A DNA stretch of 63,740 bases, filler included, from Octopus bimaculoides (taxonomy: Eukaryota): assembly GCF_001194135.2 (NCBI RefSeq). It is 11 parts of 11 records of this genome, joined end to end, with 100 filler letters (N's around TTAATTAATTAA, not from the genome) between each part and the next. Parts side by side here need not be neighbours in the genome. Positions count along the whole stretch, not along the records: positions 7,495 to 12,811 come from NW_026419335.1; positions 12,912 to 25,594 come from NC_069006.1; 9 more parts are not named here. One strand, 5' to 3'. The notes under the pieces were generated by a model. It made no database searches. It was not told the DNA's origin and worked only from the letters and a program-made list of their open reading frames with translations. How positions within the stretch are numbered: position 1 is the stretch's first letter; each line of letters begins with the position of its first letter. The translations under genes and the position numbers were made by a program. Of this stretch, positions 12,743 through 23,935 are shown one piece after another.

Positions 12743-14639
12743 TTTCAAGACTATTGAAAAGGTTGTGTTAAATTTTAAGGCACAATAAGAAAATGACTCT
12801 CCCCAGACACANNNNNNNNNNNNNNNNNNNNNNNNNNNNNNNNNNNNNNNNNNNNTTAATTAATTAANNNNNNNNNNNNNNNNNNNNNNNNNNNNNNNNN
12901 NNNNNNNNNNNTATATATATATATATATATATATGCATATACATGTGTGTGTGTGTGTGTATGTATGTGTGCGTATTTATATACATTTAATACGCATATT
13001 TGTTTTTGCACAGCGAGTGGAAGATAATAGTGTATATTTTCAAATACATACATAATACATACATACACAGAGACACACATATGTTCGGTGAGAGTGAGAC
13101 GATGGTGCATAATATTTGTATGGAGACGTACATACCTCTGTCCCATGTGAAACGGCTAATTAAAGAGATGCATGAAATTTGAAGAAGATTTAAGAAGTAA
13201 AAAAAAAAGCGATATACATAAAACAGCTACAAACTTAAAACTATTCACAAAGCACATGGAGAGAACAACACATATATATATACAATATGCATACACACAC
13301 ACAGACACACACAGATATATATATGTATGTATGTATGAAAGAGAGCGACAGATGGAGAAAAAGATGATTATAAATGACACTTGCACACACACACAGACGT
13401 TGCGCAAGTTCAATGTTGTTTTTCATACATAGAGACATATTGTGTAAGCGTAACTCTCCGTATCTCGTGTGTATAGATACATAAGCTCCTGCTACATCTG
13501 TAGAGAGTCTAATAAAGGCTAATCACGTTAATAGATACACGCACACACACNNNNNNNNNNNNNNNNNNNNNNNNNNNNNNNNNNNNNNNNNNNNNNNNNN
13601 NNNNNNNNNNNNNNNNNNNNNNNNNNNNNNNNNNNNNNNNNNNNNNNNNNNNNNNNNNNNNNNNNNNNNNNNNNNNNNNNNNNNNNNNNNNNNNNNNNNN
13701 NNNNNNNNNNNNNNNNNNNNNNNNNNNNNNNNNNNNNNNNNNNNNNNNNNNNNNNNNNNNNNNNNNNNNNNNNNNNNNNNNNNNNNNNNNNNNNNNNNNN
13801 NNNNNNNNNNNNNNNNNNNNNNNNNNNNNNNNNNNNNNNNNNNNNNNNNNNNNNNNNNNNNNNNNNNNNNNNNNNNNNNNNNNNNNNNNNNNNNNNNNNN
13901 NNNNNNNNNNNNNNNNNNNNNNNNNNNNNNNNNNNNNNNNNNNNNNNNNNNNNNNNNNNNNNNNNNNNNNNNNNNNNNNNNNNNNNNNNNNNNNNNNNNN
14001 NNNNNNNNNNNNNNNNNNNNNNNNNNNNNNNNNNNNNNNNNNNNNNNNNNNNNNNNNNNNNNNNNNNNNNNNNNNNNNNNNNNNNNNNNNNNNNNNNNNN
14101 NNNNNNNNNNNNNNNNNNNNNNNNNNNNNNNNNNNNNNNNNNNNNNNNNNNNNNNNNNNNNNNNNNNNNNNNNNNNNNNNNNNNNNNNNNNNNNNNNNNN
14201 NNNNNNNNNNNNNNNNNNNNNNNNNNNNNNNNNNNNNNNNNNNNNNNNNNNNNNNNNNNNNNNNNNNNNGTGGTGGTGGTGGTGGTGGTGGTGGTGGTGG
14301 TGGTGGTATTGATGGTGGTGGTGATGGCGGTGATAACTGTTGTTTGGCCCATAGCCAGCCTCATCGGGCAGACCTGCGATCAAAGATGTTCCAGATTATA
14401 TTGCGTGTGTGTGAATGCGCGTATGTGTGTGTGATTTGGTCAATGATGGAGGTGCAAATTTTTTTTTTTTTTTCCGTGAAATGTGCTGTTCTGATTTTTG
14501 GATTGAAATGGCTCGGTCATATCCTGATCTCTCAAAGGTGGTTCTTACAGTCATATCCTGATGTCTCAAAGATGGCTCCTATGAATTTGAGACCGCGTTT
14601 CCCACTCTCCTTGACATGAAAGCAAAGTAGCGAAATCGT

Positions 14640-14941
14640 AAGGATGAAAGACAAAGTCGACCTCGGTGGAATTTGAACTCAGAACGTAAAGACAGATGAA
14701 ATACCGCTAAGCGTGTTAACGATTCTGCCAGCTCACCGATGCACAAGGCCTGAAATTTGGGAGAGAGAGAGAGGAATAGTCGATTACAGCCATCCTCAGT
14801 GTTCGACTGGTATCTATTTTATATCGACCCCGAAAGAATGATAAGCAAAGTTTGGCCTCGGTGAAACTTGAACACAGAACGTAAAGACGGACGAAATGCT
14901 GCCGAGCACTTTATCCGGCGTGCTAACGATTCCGCCCGCTC
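14640..14941 (-). mobile_element. Two head-to-tail copies of tRNA-derived SINE family A
   Basis: Reverse complement carries the B-box gagttcaaattcc and the body gaggtcgactttgcctttcatcctttcggggtcgata. Confidence 0.85.
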
Positions 14942-15203
14942 TGTTCCTCCTGGGGAAATTAATATTGAAATACCGTACACTGCCTTGTTTTGAAACGATT
15001 TCAAGTGATTATAAATCAGTTTTGCATCGTTGAAATTAATTCTTCATTTAAACTTCAGCCTAAAACGGCCATCTTGAAAAACACATCAATTAATTGGTTG
15101 GGTTATTTAGGCGTTCCTTTTAATTAGCCAACGAACATCTTAAAACGATGGCAATAATTGGTGTTGCTCTAAATGATCATAGTGTTGTTGTTGCTGCTCC
15201 TGC

Positions 15204-15252
<49 letters not shown>

Positions 15253-15436
15253 GGCGGCAGTGGTGGTGGGGTTCTCTTGTCGACAAAGATGTTTCATGTT
15301 TTTTAAGATGTTGAATTGTTAAAAAAACATTTTTCTGGCGATGACGACGACGATGGTGATGGAGGAAGAGGAGGAGGAAAAATAACAGCAACCTAAGCAT
15401 GAATAAGAAGACAGAAAGAAAGGTGAAAAAGAAGGA

Positions 15437-15537
15437 GAAGAAGAAGAAGAAGAAGAAGAAGAAGAAGAAGAAGAAGAAGAAGAAGAAGAAGAAGAAGAAG
15501 AAGAAGAAGAAGAAGAAGAAGAAGAAGAAGAAGAAGA
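15437..15537. repeat. Pure (AAG)n tract within a compound trinucleotide array (about 15186-15630)
   Basis: Direct inspection; the poly-K and poly-F ORFs here are artefacts. Confidence 0.95.
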
Positions 15538-15543
15538 TGGTGA

Positions 15544-15575
<32 letters not shown>

Positions 15576-15910
15576 AAGGAGATCAAGAAGAAGAAGAATG
15601 ACAACATCAATAATAACAACAACAACAAATGGGTGTAACAGAAGGTAAATGGATCTGTAACGAATTCAGTCAGTCATCAACCGATCCCGTGTTCAAATCT
15701 CTCTCTCTCTCTCTCTTTCTCTAAAAATCAATTAAAAAAAAAAACCCACATTAAATTCTTCGTGAAGGTTTTCATGGAACTCTCCCGTATAAATTTAAGG
15801 ATTATGATTGGTTCAGGTGTTTCGGCGATCTCTCACTCGCATCATCATCATCATCATCACCATCATCATCAATTAAAAAATAGAAAAGACAGACAGACAG
15901 ACAGACATAC

Positions 15911-16015
15911 GAAAATATCCTGTTACTGATGTTGAAATTCCGGTGAAGGAGCCTTGAATCTAGGTTAGAAACCGGTTCTTTCTTTATTGGCAAGAAATTT
16001 TAAAATAAAACTGAA
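15911..16015. repeat. About 105-bp dispersed repeat, copy 1
   Basis: gatgttgaaattccggtgaaggagccttg(a/g)atctaggttagaaaccgg, near-identical at 16647-16750. Confidence 0.85.
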
Positions 16016-16439
16016 CACCTTACATACATAAAAAACAAAAAAAAACTGATTCATCCAAGGGGAATAACATGGGATGGAGTTACGTCCCTTTAGCTTTACC
16101 TGCTTAAATATAATAATGTTGTCACAACTATAATTCTGATGTTTCGCAATGAGACAAAACCATTCATTTATATACAAACGTAAAAGAACGTCCAATGCAA
16201 GGAAATTTTAATGCCGAACAATCTCGGAAGAATTAGTTAATCCCATCCGGATTTGAAGAAACGAAATAAGATAATTTTTTTTTAATGAGTAAGTAAATTA
16301 CTAGTTGAATACGTGTACTACCACGACCACCATCAGCAGGCGGATAGTAACACAAACAAGTACAACAATAAGATCTACAGAGAACGAGACAGACAAAACG
16401 AGTTCAATGAACCAATGGCGCCGGTTGTTGACCATCCAC

Positions 16440-16453
16440 TGCGTCTGGTGAGT
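16440..16453 (+). promoter_or_regulatory. Consensus 5' splice donor, possibly ending an upstream GPCR exon
   Basis: ctg|GTGAGT with GT at 16448-16449, in a unique GC-richer island. Confidence 0.25.
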
Positions 16454-16646
16454 TAGCAAGAAAATGTTAGCGACACTTAAGATGAAGTTGTGTGGTAGTC
16501 GCCTGATTCTGCCGACAGCTGGCTCTTGACAATCCTGGATTGTGTCGTTAGGTTCAACAGTAACCAGGAGTCATTCGGTACACTTATGTTTTAGGTACAT
16601 ACTTACAGACATACATACATACATACATACATACATACATACATAC

Positions 16647-16750
16647 AAAAATACCCTGTTGTTGATGTTGAAATTCCGGTGAAGGAGCCTTGGATCTAGG
16701 TTAGAAACCGGCTCTTTCTCTATTGGCAAGATATCTTCAAATAAACTGAA
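16647..16750. repeat. About 105-bp dispersed repeat, copy 2
   Basis: Direct repeat of 15911-16015; both copies are preceded by a tetranucleotide run. Confidence 0.85.
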
Positions 16751-16806
16751 TAATGACAAACAAACATAACATACATATATACACACACACATATATATAC
16801 ATGTAT

Positions 16807-16885
<79 letters not shown>

Positions 16886-16888
<3 letters not shown>

Positions 16889-17055
16889 TGGGCTTCTTTC
16901 AGTTTTCGTCTACCAAATCCACTCACAAGGCTTTGGTCGGCCTGAGGCTATAGTAGAAGACACTTGCCCATGGTGCCATGCATTGGGACTGAACCGAGAA
17001 CCATGTGGCTGGTAAGCAAGCTACTTACCCTTACCACACAGCCACTCCTGCGCCT
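16886..17055 (-). mobile_element. SINE B 5' half
   Basis: ccaaatccactcacaaggctttggtcgg...gactgaaccgagaaccatgtgg...cacacagccactcctgcgcct. Confidence 0.85.
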
Positions 17056-17112
17056 GTATTACTATATTACACAGACGTTGAATATGGTGAGTGCGTACAA
17101 TACGCATCGCTT

Positions 17113-17500
17113 TATGTATGTATGTATGTATGTATGTATGTATGTATGTATGTATGTACGTACGTTCGTATATAAGTATGTATGTATGTACGTACGTTCG
17201 TATATATGTATGTACGTATGCTTGTATGTATGTATGTATGTGTGTACCTACGTATGTATGTGTTTGTATATATGTGTGTATGTATGTATGTATGCATGTA
17301 CGTACGTACGTACGTATATATGTATGTATGATTGTATGTATGTACCTACGTACGTATGAACATATGTATGTATGTACGCACGTATGTATGTATGTATGTA
17401 TGTATGTACGTACGTACGTACGTATGTATGTATGTATGTATTATGTATGTATATATGTATGTATGTATGTACGTACGTACGTACGTACGTATGTAGGTAT
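17113..17500. repeat. (TATG)/(TACG)n compound tetranucleotide array
   Basis: Direct inspection. Confidence 0.95.
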
Positions 17501-18217
17501 GCCTGTATGTTCGGACGGATGGATGGATGCATATCGCTTCCCCGGTGTGTCAACGTGACAATTAGTAATACGTCCGTTTGTCCCATGACAAAACCACTTG
17601 GCCGCCTTCGTATCGTCTGGTACACAATGTCTCAGTGTGGTTGACGCAGGCACACATTCTGGTCACGTGACTCGGGGCCGCATTTCGACTCTTTAACCTT
17701 CTCCTCCATTGGACAGGATAGGCGGATGGGGGGGGGGATGGTATGTATATTCTTATATCTATATATGTCTATTTATATTTGTATCTAGAATTATATTTGC
17801 AATCGCTTCCTGTAATATTTGCGTTGTGTTTCCATTCCGTTACATTCCGTTCCAAAGAACTGTTGAGACTCTGAGAAAGGATCTATAAGAAGTGTTTAAC
17901 TTCTCCTGCCAAGAATATATTTCCAAACTGAAGAATATTTTGACATCGATCTGGTAACGTAGGAAACCATTCTTCGTTCGTTTTTTTTAATTTCTTTTTC
18001 CTTTCTTTCTTTCTTTCTTTCTTTCTTTCCTTCTTTCTTTCTTTCCTTCTTTCTTTCTTTCTTTTCTGGCGGTGGAGGGAGTTCTTCATATTGAATGAAA
18101 TATGGCTGTCACGGCTCCTTTATTGATAATGTTGCTTGTGGTTGTGGTGATAATGTTGTTGTTCTTCGGTGTGGAGAAATCGGGGTTGTTGTTGTTGTTG
18201 CTGTTGCTGGTTTTGTT

Positions 18218-18248
<31 letters not shown>

Positions 18249-18439
18249 CTCTTGTTGCAGTTACTGATGTTGTTAATAGCGTTATCGGGGTGGCTGTTGT
18301 TGTTGTTGTCTTTGTTGTTGCTGGTTTTGTTTGTGTTGTTATTGATGCTGCTCGAGGTCTCAGTCACGCGCAGCAGCCATTGAAACCAAGGATTCGCTGT
18401 GCTAGGGCATTGCCCTGATGAAACTCGTTCCACCCCGTT

Positions 18440-18545
18440 CTTAATTTAGTGACCCCCGGAAGGACGAAAGGAAAAGTTTTAACCTCAAACGGAATCTGAA
18501 CTCAGAACGCTGGAAGCCGGAATGAGTATCACATACCACAAGGCA
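18440..18545 (-). mobile_element. Degenerate SINE A copy
   Basis: gaccccggaaggacgaaaggaaaagtt...ctgaactcagaacg. Confidence 0.6.
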
Positions 18546-18602
18546 TTTCCTCCCCGGTACTTTAATGGCTCAACCAAAGAAAGGAAGAAAGAAAGAAAGA
18601 TA

Positions 18603-18667
<65 letters not shown>

Positions 18668-19098
18668 GAAGGAATAACAATAAGTAAAACACAAACAACA
18701 GATGAAAGAAGTATGTTTGTGAAAAACCGGAAATGTAATAATATACAAAAGTGATTAAGTCTTCGGATAGAAATCCTTCATTTTATGATCAACAATAACA
18801 ACAAGTAGATCGTTTGTTTGTCTTGTTTTTATTCCTTTATTGTCTTCTTTGTTTGTTTGTTATGCGTAATTTCCGGTAATTTCCGGTCAAGTGCAGCAAT
18901 CCAGAGTGAGGCTAAGTTGTCCTGGTTATCAACCTTATTTTTTCCCCTCTTCACAACAAAAACAGAAAAGACAAGCGAAATGAACAAAGAATAAAACAAG
19001 GAGACGAACCAATGAGTGACGTTTTAAGGGGGGAGGGTCACATGACCTGCTAATAATCGTTTCTACTTCAGGCAAAAGGAGAAGGATTCCAATGTGTT

Positions 19099-19252
19099 AT
19101 GTTCCGAGTTCAAACTCCATCGAGGTCGACTTTGTTTTTCATCGTTTCGGGGGTCCATAAAATATGAACCCCTTTAATACTGGGGTCGATATAATCGACT
19201 TGACCCCTTACCACAAAATAAATTCCAAGCTTTGTTCTTAAAAGTAGAAACG
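19099..19252 (+). mobile_element. SINE A copy, 5' truncated
   Basis: gagttcaaactccatcgaggtcgactttg...ggggtcgatataatcgact. Confidence 0.8.
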
Positions 19253-19269
19253 ACACTGGTTTCAAATTT

Positions 19270-19412
19270 TGGCACAAGGCCATTAATTTAAGGGGACGGG
19301 GTAAAGACGGTTACATCGACCCCAGGGCTCAACTGGTACTCATTTTATCGATCCCGTACGGATGGAAGGCAAAGTTGACCTCGGTGGAATTTGAACTCAA
19401 AACGTAAAGACG
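19270..19412 (-). mobile_element. SINE A copy
   Basis: ggcacaaggcc...acatcgaccccag...aactggtact...gaatttgaactcaaaacgtaaagac. Confidence 0.8.
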
Positions 19413-19817
19413 TTTGTACGTTGTTTATTACCATTTTAATAGGAATCCGGTAGAAATTACCATCAAGCTATTTCCGCTGTACTGGGAAGGCAGGAGCCGG
19501 GATGAGAAGATTCCAGAGGGACGGACGGTGATCTGGTGTGTGGGCGGGGAGAAAGGATTGGGAATAGTTGTTAGTGCAGGGGATGGGGGTTGGACACAGT
19601 AGGGGTGGCGAGAGATTGGCCATGGTTGCCTGAACAAAGAAGGTTCGAGACGAACCAGCTCCGAGGAACAAGGACTTTTATGCATCCATGTATGTATGTA
19701 TGTAGGTATGTAGGTATCTGTGTGTATGTATATGTGCTTGCGTGCATGAATGTATGTGTGTATGTATAGATGTGTGTGTATGTATGTATGTGTGTGTGTG
19801 TATGTATGTATGTATGT

Positions 19818-20002
19818 AATTCTTTATTGCCCACAAGGGGCTAAACATAGAGGGGACAAACAAGGACAGACAAAGGAACTAAGTCGATTACATCGACCCC
19901 AGTGCGTAACTGGTACTTATTTAATCGACCCCGAAAGGATGAAAAGCAAAGTCAACCTCGGCGGAATTTGAACTCAGAACGTCGCGGCAGACGAAATACC
20001 GT
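19818..20002 (-). mobile_element. SINE A subfamily copy with an alternative 3' part
   Basis: cacaaggggctaaaca(t/c)agagggga...caaggacagacaaag, shared with 45118-45352. Confidence 0.85.
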
Positions 20003-20448
20003 TAATCGTCATTTGGTTGCTGTGTTTACAAAAACCGTAACACAGGAGAATACAACTCTTGAATGACCAATAATAAAGACTTAGAGTTATTTCCCTTTGA
20101 CTAAATAATAAACTTTAGAAATGACCGAATTATAAATTTCACAGAGAGAATTACCTCCCATAATTCTATTAACTGGAATTTTTTTGTTATGAAACTTTGA
20201 ATTCTAGCATAAAACAGCCTTAGAAACACGCTGGAATGATCAAAATAACATTTTAAATAGAAATAAGCGAGATACCTTTCTCTCTCTATTTCCCCCTCTC
20301 TCTCACTCCCTAACCTTCTCTCTGTCTCACACACACACACACACACTCACTCAGAGTTATCCAAGCACACACACACACAATATTGATTCTGGAGAAAATG
20401 ACTCTTTGACCTGACAGCATTTTGTAAACACAAATCTCAGCGTTTTCT

Positions 20449-20501
<53 letters not shown>

Positions 20502-20980
20502 CTGACAGACAATGCCAGCATTGTATAGTGCCACATAGAAACCAGTGCAAATTATGGGAGGGTGGAGTGGAGATGGCCATGTCGTGCTTCCGATAAAACT
20601 CGAGAAGAGAGAGAGAGAGGAAGAAAGAAAGGAAAAAGCGAACGAAAGAGAGAAGTAAAGAAAAAGAAAACGCAGGAGAAAGAGAAAGAAAGAAAAAGAG
20701 AGCAAGAGAGAGAGAGAGAGAAAGGAAGAGAGAAAGAGAGACTAAGAAAGAAATACAAAAAACAGAATAACAAACGCTCTGAGTGTGGTTCTTATCAAAT
20801 TGTATGTAAAACTAAAACAAATACAAGCCGTTCCCCTCTCTCTCTCTCTCTCTCGCTCTCTCTTTCACTTTCTCTCTCTCTCTCTCTCTCTACACACACA
20901 TATATATATGTACACGTATGTATGTATCTATGAATATGTATGTGTGCGTCTTTATATATGTATGTATATACGTATGTACG

Positions 20981-21046
<66 letters not shown>

Positions 21047-21102
21047 CTTATCTATATACATATATATACATACACACACATACACACATACATACATATA
21101 TA

Positions 21103-21138
<36 letters not shown>

Positions 21139-21167
21139 TGTATATAGAGGCTATGAGCGGTAGTGAC

Positions 21168-21214
<47 letters not shown>

Positions 21215-22199
21215 CTGGCGAATGCACGTGGCGGCGGTGCGTTGTGTCGTTGAGGAAGACATTTCATTTCCCATTGCTGCAGTCCACTCAGCTGTCAAAG
21301 CGTATCGTGACCAGCGATGTATAACAACACCGAATAGTCAAGTTGATATAGCGATGTCAAGACATAGCGAGGCTGACAGAGTGACGGACTAACAGTCAGG
21401 TAGACAGGCAGGCAGGTAGACAGGCAGGCAGCCAGACAGAGACAGATAGACAGGCTGAGAGGCCTGATAGACGGACAGGCAGGCAGACAGACATGTAGGC
21501 AGGCAGACAGACGGCTCACACCAGTGAGTGTGTTTAAGTAAGCTCCATGTGTGTTTGACTCCGCCATCGTTTTGTTGATGTTCTGCTGAACGAAGCCATA
21601 AGAAGAGAGATCTTCCTGCTCTGCCATGTTACCATGTTTGTGCAAAAGGAAATCGTTTGGTGCGTTTCACTTCCGAGGTTCCTGTAAACACGTTCGTTGG
21701 GAACACGATCCACACACATACTTCAGTTTGGATGAGTGCGGCTGTGTGGAGAGTGGGGGGGGGGTGTTTATCTGGAAAGTAAATCTATCTATATATGTGT
21801 GCGTGTGTATCTATCTGTGTGTGTGTGGATCTATCTATCTGTATATGTGTGTGTGTGTGTATGTAGGCATGTATGTATACAGAAAGAGAGAGGGAGAGAT
21901 GGCTGGATAGACAGCAGATAGACAACTAGATAGATAGAGAGAGAGAGAGAGATAAATAGATAGAAGGATAAATAGAGAGATAGATAGATAGATAGATAGG
22001 TAGGTAGGTAGGTAGGTAGGTAGCTTAGAAATTGATATAGGCATGTACACGTGTCTGTGTGTGTGTATGTGTGTGTGTGTGTGTGTGTAAACGAGAGGCA
22101 TACAGAGTGTGATAAACTTTATTGATACATTTATATAGTTGTGTGTCTATATATCTGTATACATACATATGTGTGAGTGTGTGTGTGTGTGTGTGTATG

Positions 22200-22282
<83 letters not shown>

Positions 22283-22304
22283 ATATTAATTATTAATTAA
22301 TCTT

Positions 22305-22321
22305 TGTATTTTTTCTTGCAG
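22305..22321 (+). promoter_or_regulatory. Candidate 3' splice acceptor upstream of the GPCR coding exon
   Basis: tctttgtattttttcttgcag|tgac: pyrimidine tract plus CAG, at the transition from microsatellite to unique sequence. Confidence 0.55.
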
Positions 22322-22545
22322 TGACAGCTACGGCGGTCTTTCACAGCGGAACTACAACACACAAGAAGTGGAGGACGAGGAGAAGAAGAAGAAAAAGAAG
22401 TTTGAGACAGAGGAGTGAAGAAATTATATCAGGAAAAGAAAGAAAGAAAGCTAAGGAAAGCAACACTCGGTTGTATACATTGTGTATACAGCGTGTATAG
22501 AATGTGCATGTGTATACAATTATACATCGTTTGTTCAACATCACA

Positions 22546-22560
22546 ACATATTTTTCCCAG
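22546..22560 (+). promoter_or_regulatory. Second candidate splice acceptor, phase 0 and in frame with the GPCR ORF
   Basis: acatatttttcccag|gcg; position 22561 is the first base of a codon in the 22504-23877 frame. Confidence 0.4.
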
Positions 22561-22618
22561 GCGTTTTCACTGCTGTTGTATCTGTTTAACCCCGAGTTAA
22601 ACATCTGTCTCTATTTCC

Positions 22619-22658
22619 TGCTTTCTGATGAAAGACTCTCGGAGCGAAACGTCAGACA
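22619..22658 (+). ncRNA. Hammerhead-like motif in the GPCR leader
   Basis: CTGATGA (22625-22631)...GAAAC GTC (22646-22653); stems I and II imperfect. Confidence 0.35.
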
Positions 22659-22794
22659 ATTCTTCTCGAAACGTTTTTATAAGTTTTCCCTTATTCTAAC
22701 TTCAGTCGTCTTCGTTGTTTGTTTGGGTTTTTTTTTTTCATATTTTGCTCTGTTTTTGTGGTTGTTGCTTTTGTTGCCCTCCTTAACGACGACG

Positions 22795-23877
22795 ATGTCG
22801 ATGAATTCGTCTTTCTTTCCGTCGAAGGAGCAGAACGAATCAACCACGAATTGGATTGAAGAAATTAACATGACGATGGTGATGTACAATGCCCCGGCTC
22901 TTACTTACAGCTTCCTCACGCTCATAATCGGTGGAATAGGCAACGGATTGATAGCATACGTATACGGCCGGAGCATGAAGAAGAAAACAACGCCTATGAA
23001 CTACTTTATAATGATATTAAGTCTGCTTAACCTAGTCACTTGCAGTACAGTCATTCCCTTGATGATATTGTACGATTTTATGCCAGTCCTTTTCGTATCA
23101 GACGTAGCTTGTAAAATACTACGGTATATTTACAATTTAACGATGCTGGCATCCAGTTTCACATTGGTGGCCATAGCTGTTGACCGCTATCGGCGAATTT
23201 GTCGCCCGACTTCATCCCAGTTGAACGTGAAGCAAGTTAAGATTACTAGCGTCGTATTAGTAACAATGGCGGCTGCTTTATGTGCGCCGGTGATCGTCAT
23301 AGCCGGAACTCAAACCGAACATTTATATTTCAATCAAATTAATCACACATTTTGCAATACTCAAGAGGATTACGAAAACACTATCTACCCGAATTTATAC
23401 TCCTCGTATCTCTTCATCATTCTTATCACAGCTATTATCATCACTATCGTTTGCTATACAAAAATATTATGCAATATCCGACGCAGTATGGCTCCTCGCA
23501 GACGGTCTTTTGAGAAACATAGAAACAGGATTTCGATAAAGCCACCAAGTAAACCAAATATTAAAAAAGTCTTCTTAATTACATTATTGTTCATATTCAG
23601 CTTCGTGCCGTGTGTTCTGGTCATAATAATTTTCATGGTTACCCAGATTACAGACGATAACTTCCATCCAGTCGTCAACAGCTTTTTGAATATAAGCAGA
23701 CGATCTTATCTGTTGAGTTGCTTGCTAAACCCTCTCATTATTTGGTACTGTAACCTCAATTTTCGCGCCGAAGTCAAATTCCTGTGCACTTTCTGCCATT
23801 GTTCTCGTCACTCGACAAACGATTTAGCAAATTCTTCTTTTTCTAATCCTCTTGAACTGGTCACCGGAGAAAGTTAA
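22795..23877 (+). CDS. Rhodopsin-like (class A) GPCR, single coding exon, 360 aa; orphan, neuropeptide-receptor-like
   Basis: First ATG in the 22504-23877 open frame is at 22795. Seven hydrophobic segments; TM1 GIGNGLI; TM3 C (VACK) and VDRYRRICRP; ECL2 Cys; TM5 CY; TM6 FIFSFVP; TM7 LLNPL; helix 8 NFRAEV; N-terminal sequons NSS, NES, NMT. Ligand family cannot be assigned from sequence alone. Confidence 0.95.
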   Translation: MSMNSSFFPSKEQNESTTNWIEEINMTMVMYNAPALTYSFLTLIIGGIGNGLIAYVYGRSMKKKTTPMNYFIMILSLLNLVTCSTVIPLMILYDFMPVLFVSDVACKILRYIYNLTMLASSFTLVAIAVDRYRRICRPTSSQLNVKQVKITSVVLVTMAAALCAPVIVIAGTQTEHLYFNQINHTFCNTQEDYENTIYPNLYSSYLFIILITAIIITIVCYTKILCNIRRSMAPRRRSFEKHRNRISIKPPSKPNIKKVFLITLLFIFSFVPCVLVIIIFMVTQITDDNFHPVVNSFLNISRRSYLLSCLLNPLIIWYCNLNFRAEVKFLCTFCHCSRHSTNDLANSSFSNPLELVTGES

Positions 23878-23935
23878 TGAGTGGCGACCTAAATGCGACG
23901 CGCTCGTTACATCACTCGAAGAAACAGCCAGGCAG

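Noticed and set aside
15140-15638. Poly-F, poly-K and poly-Q ORFs
   Set aside because: Trinucleotide microsatellite translations.
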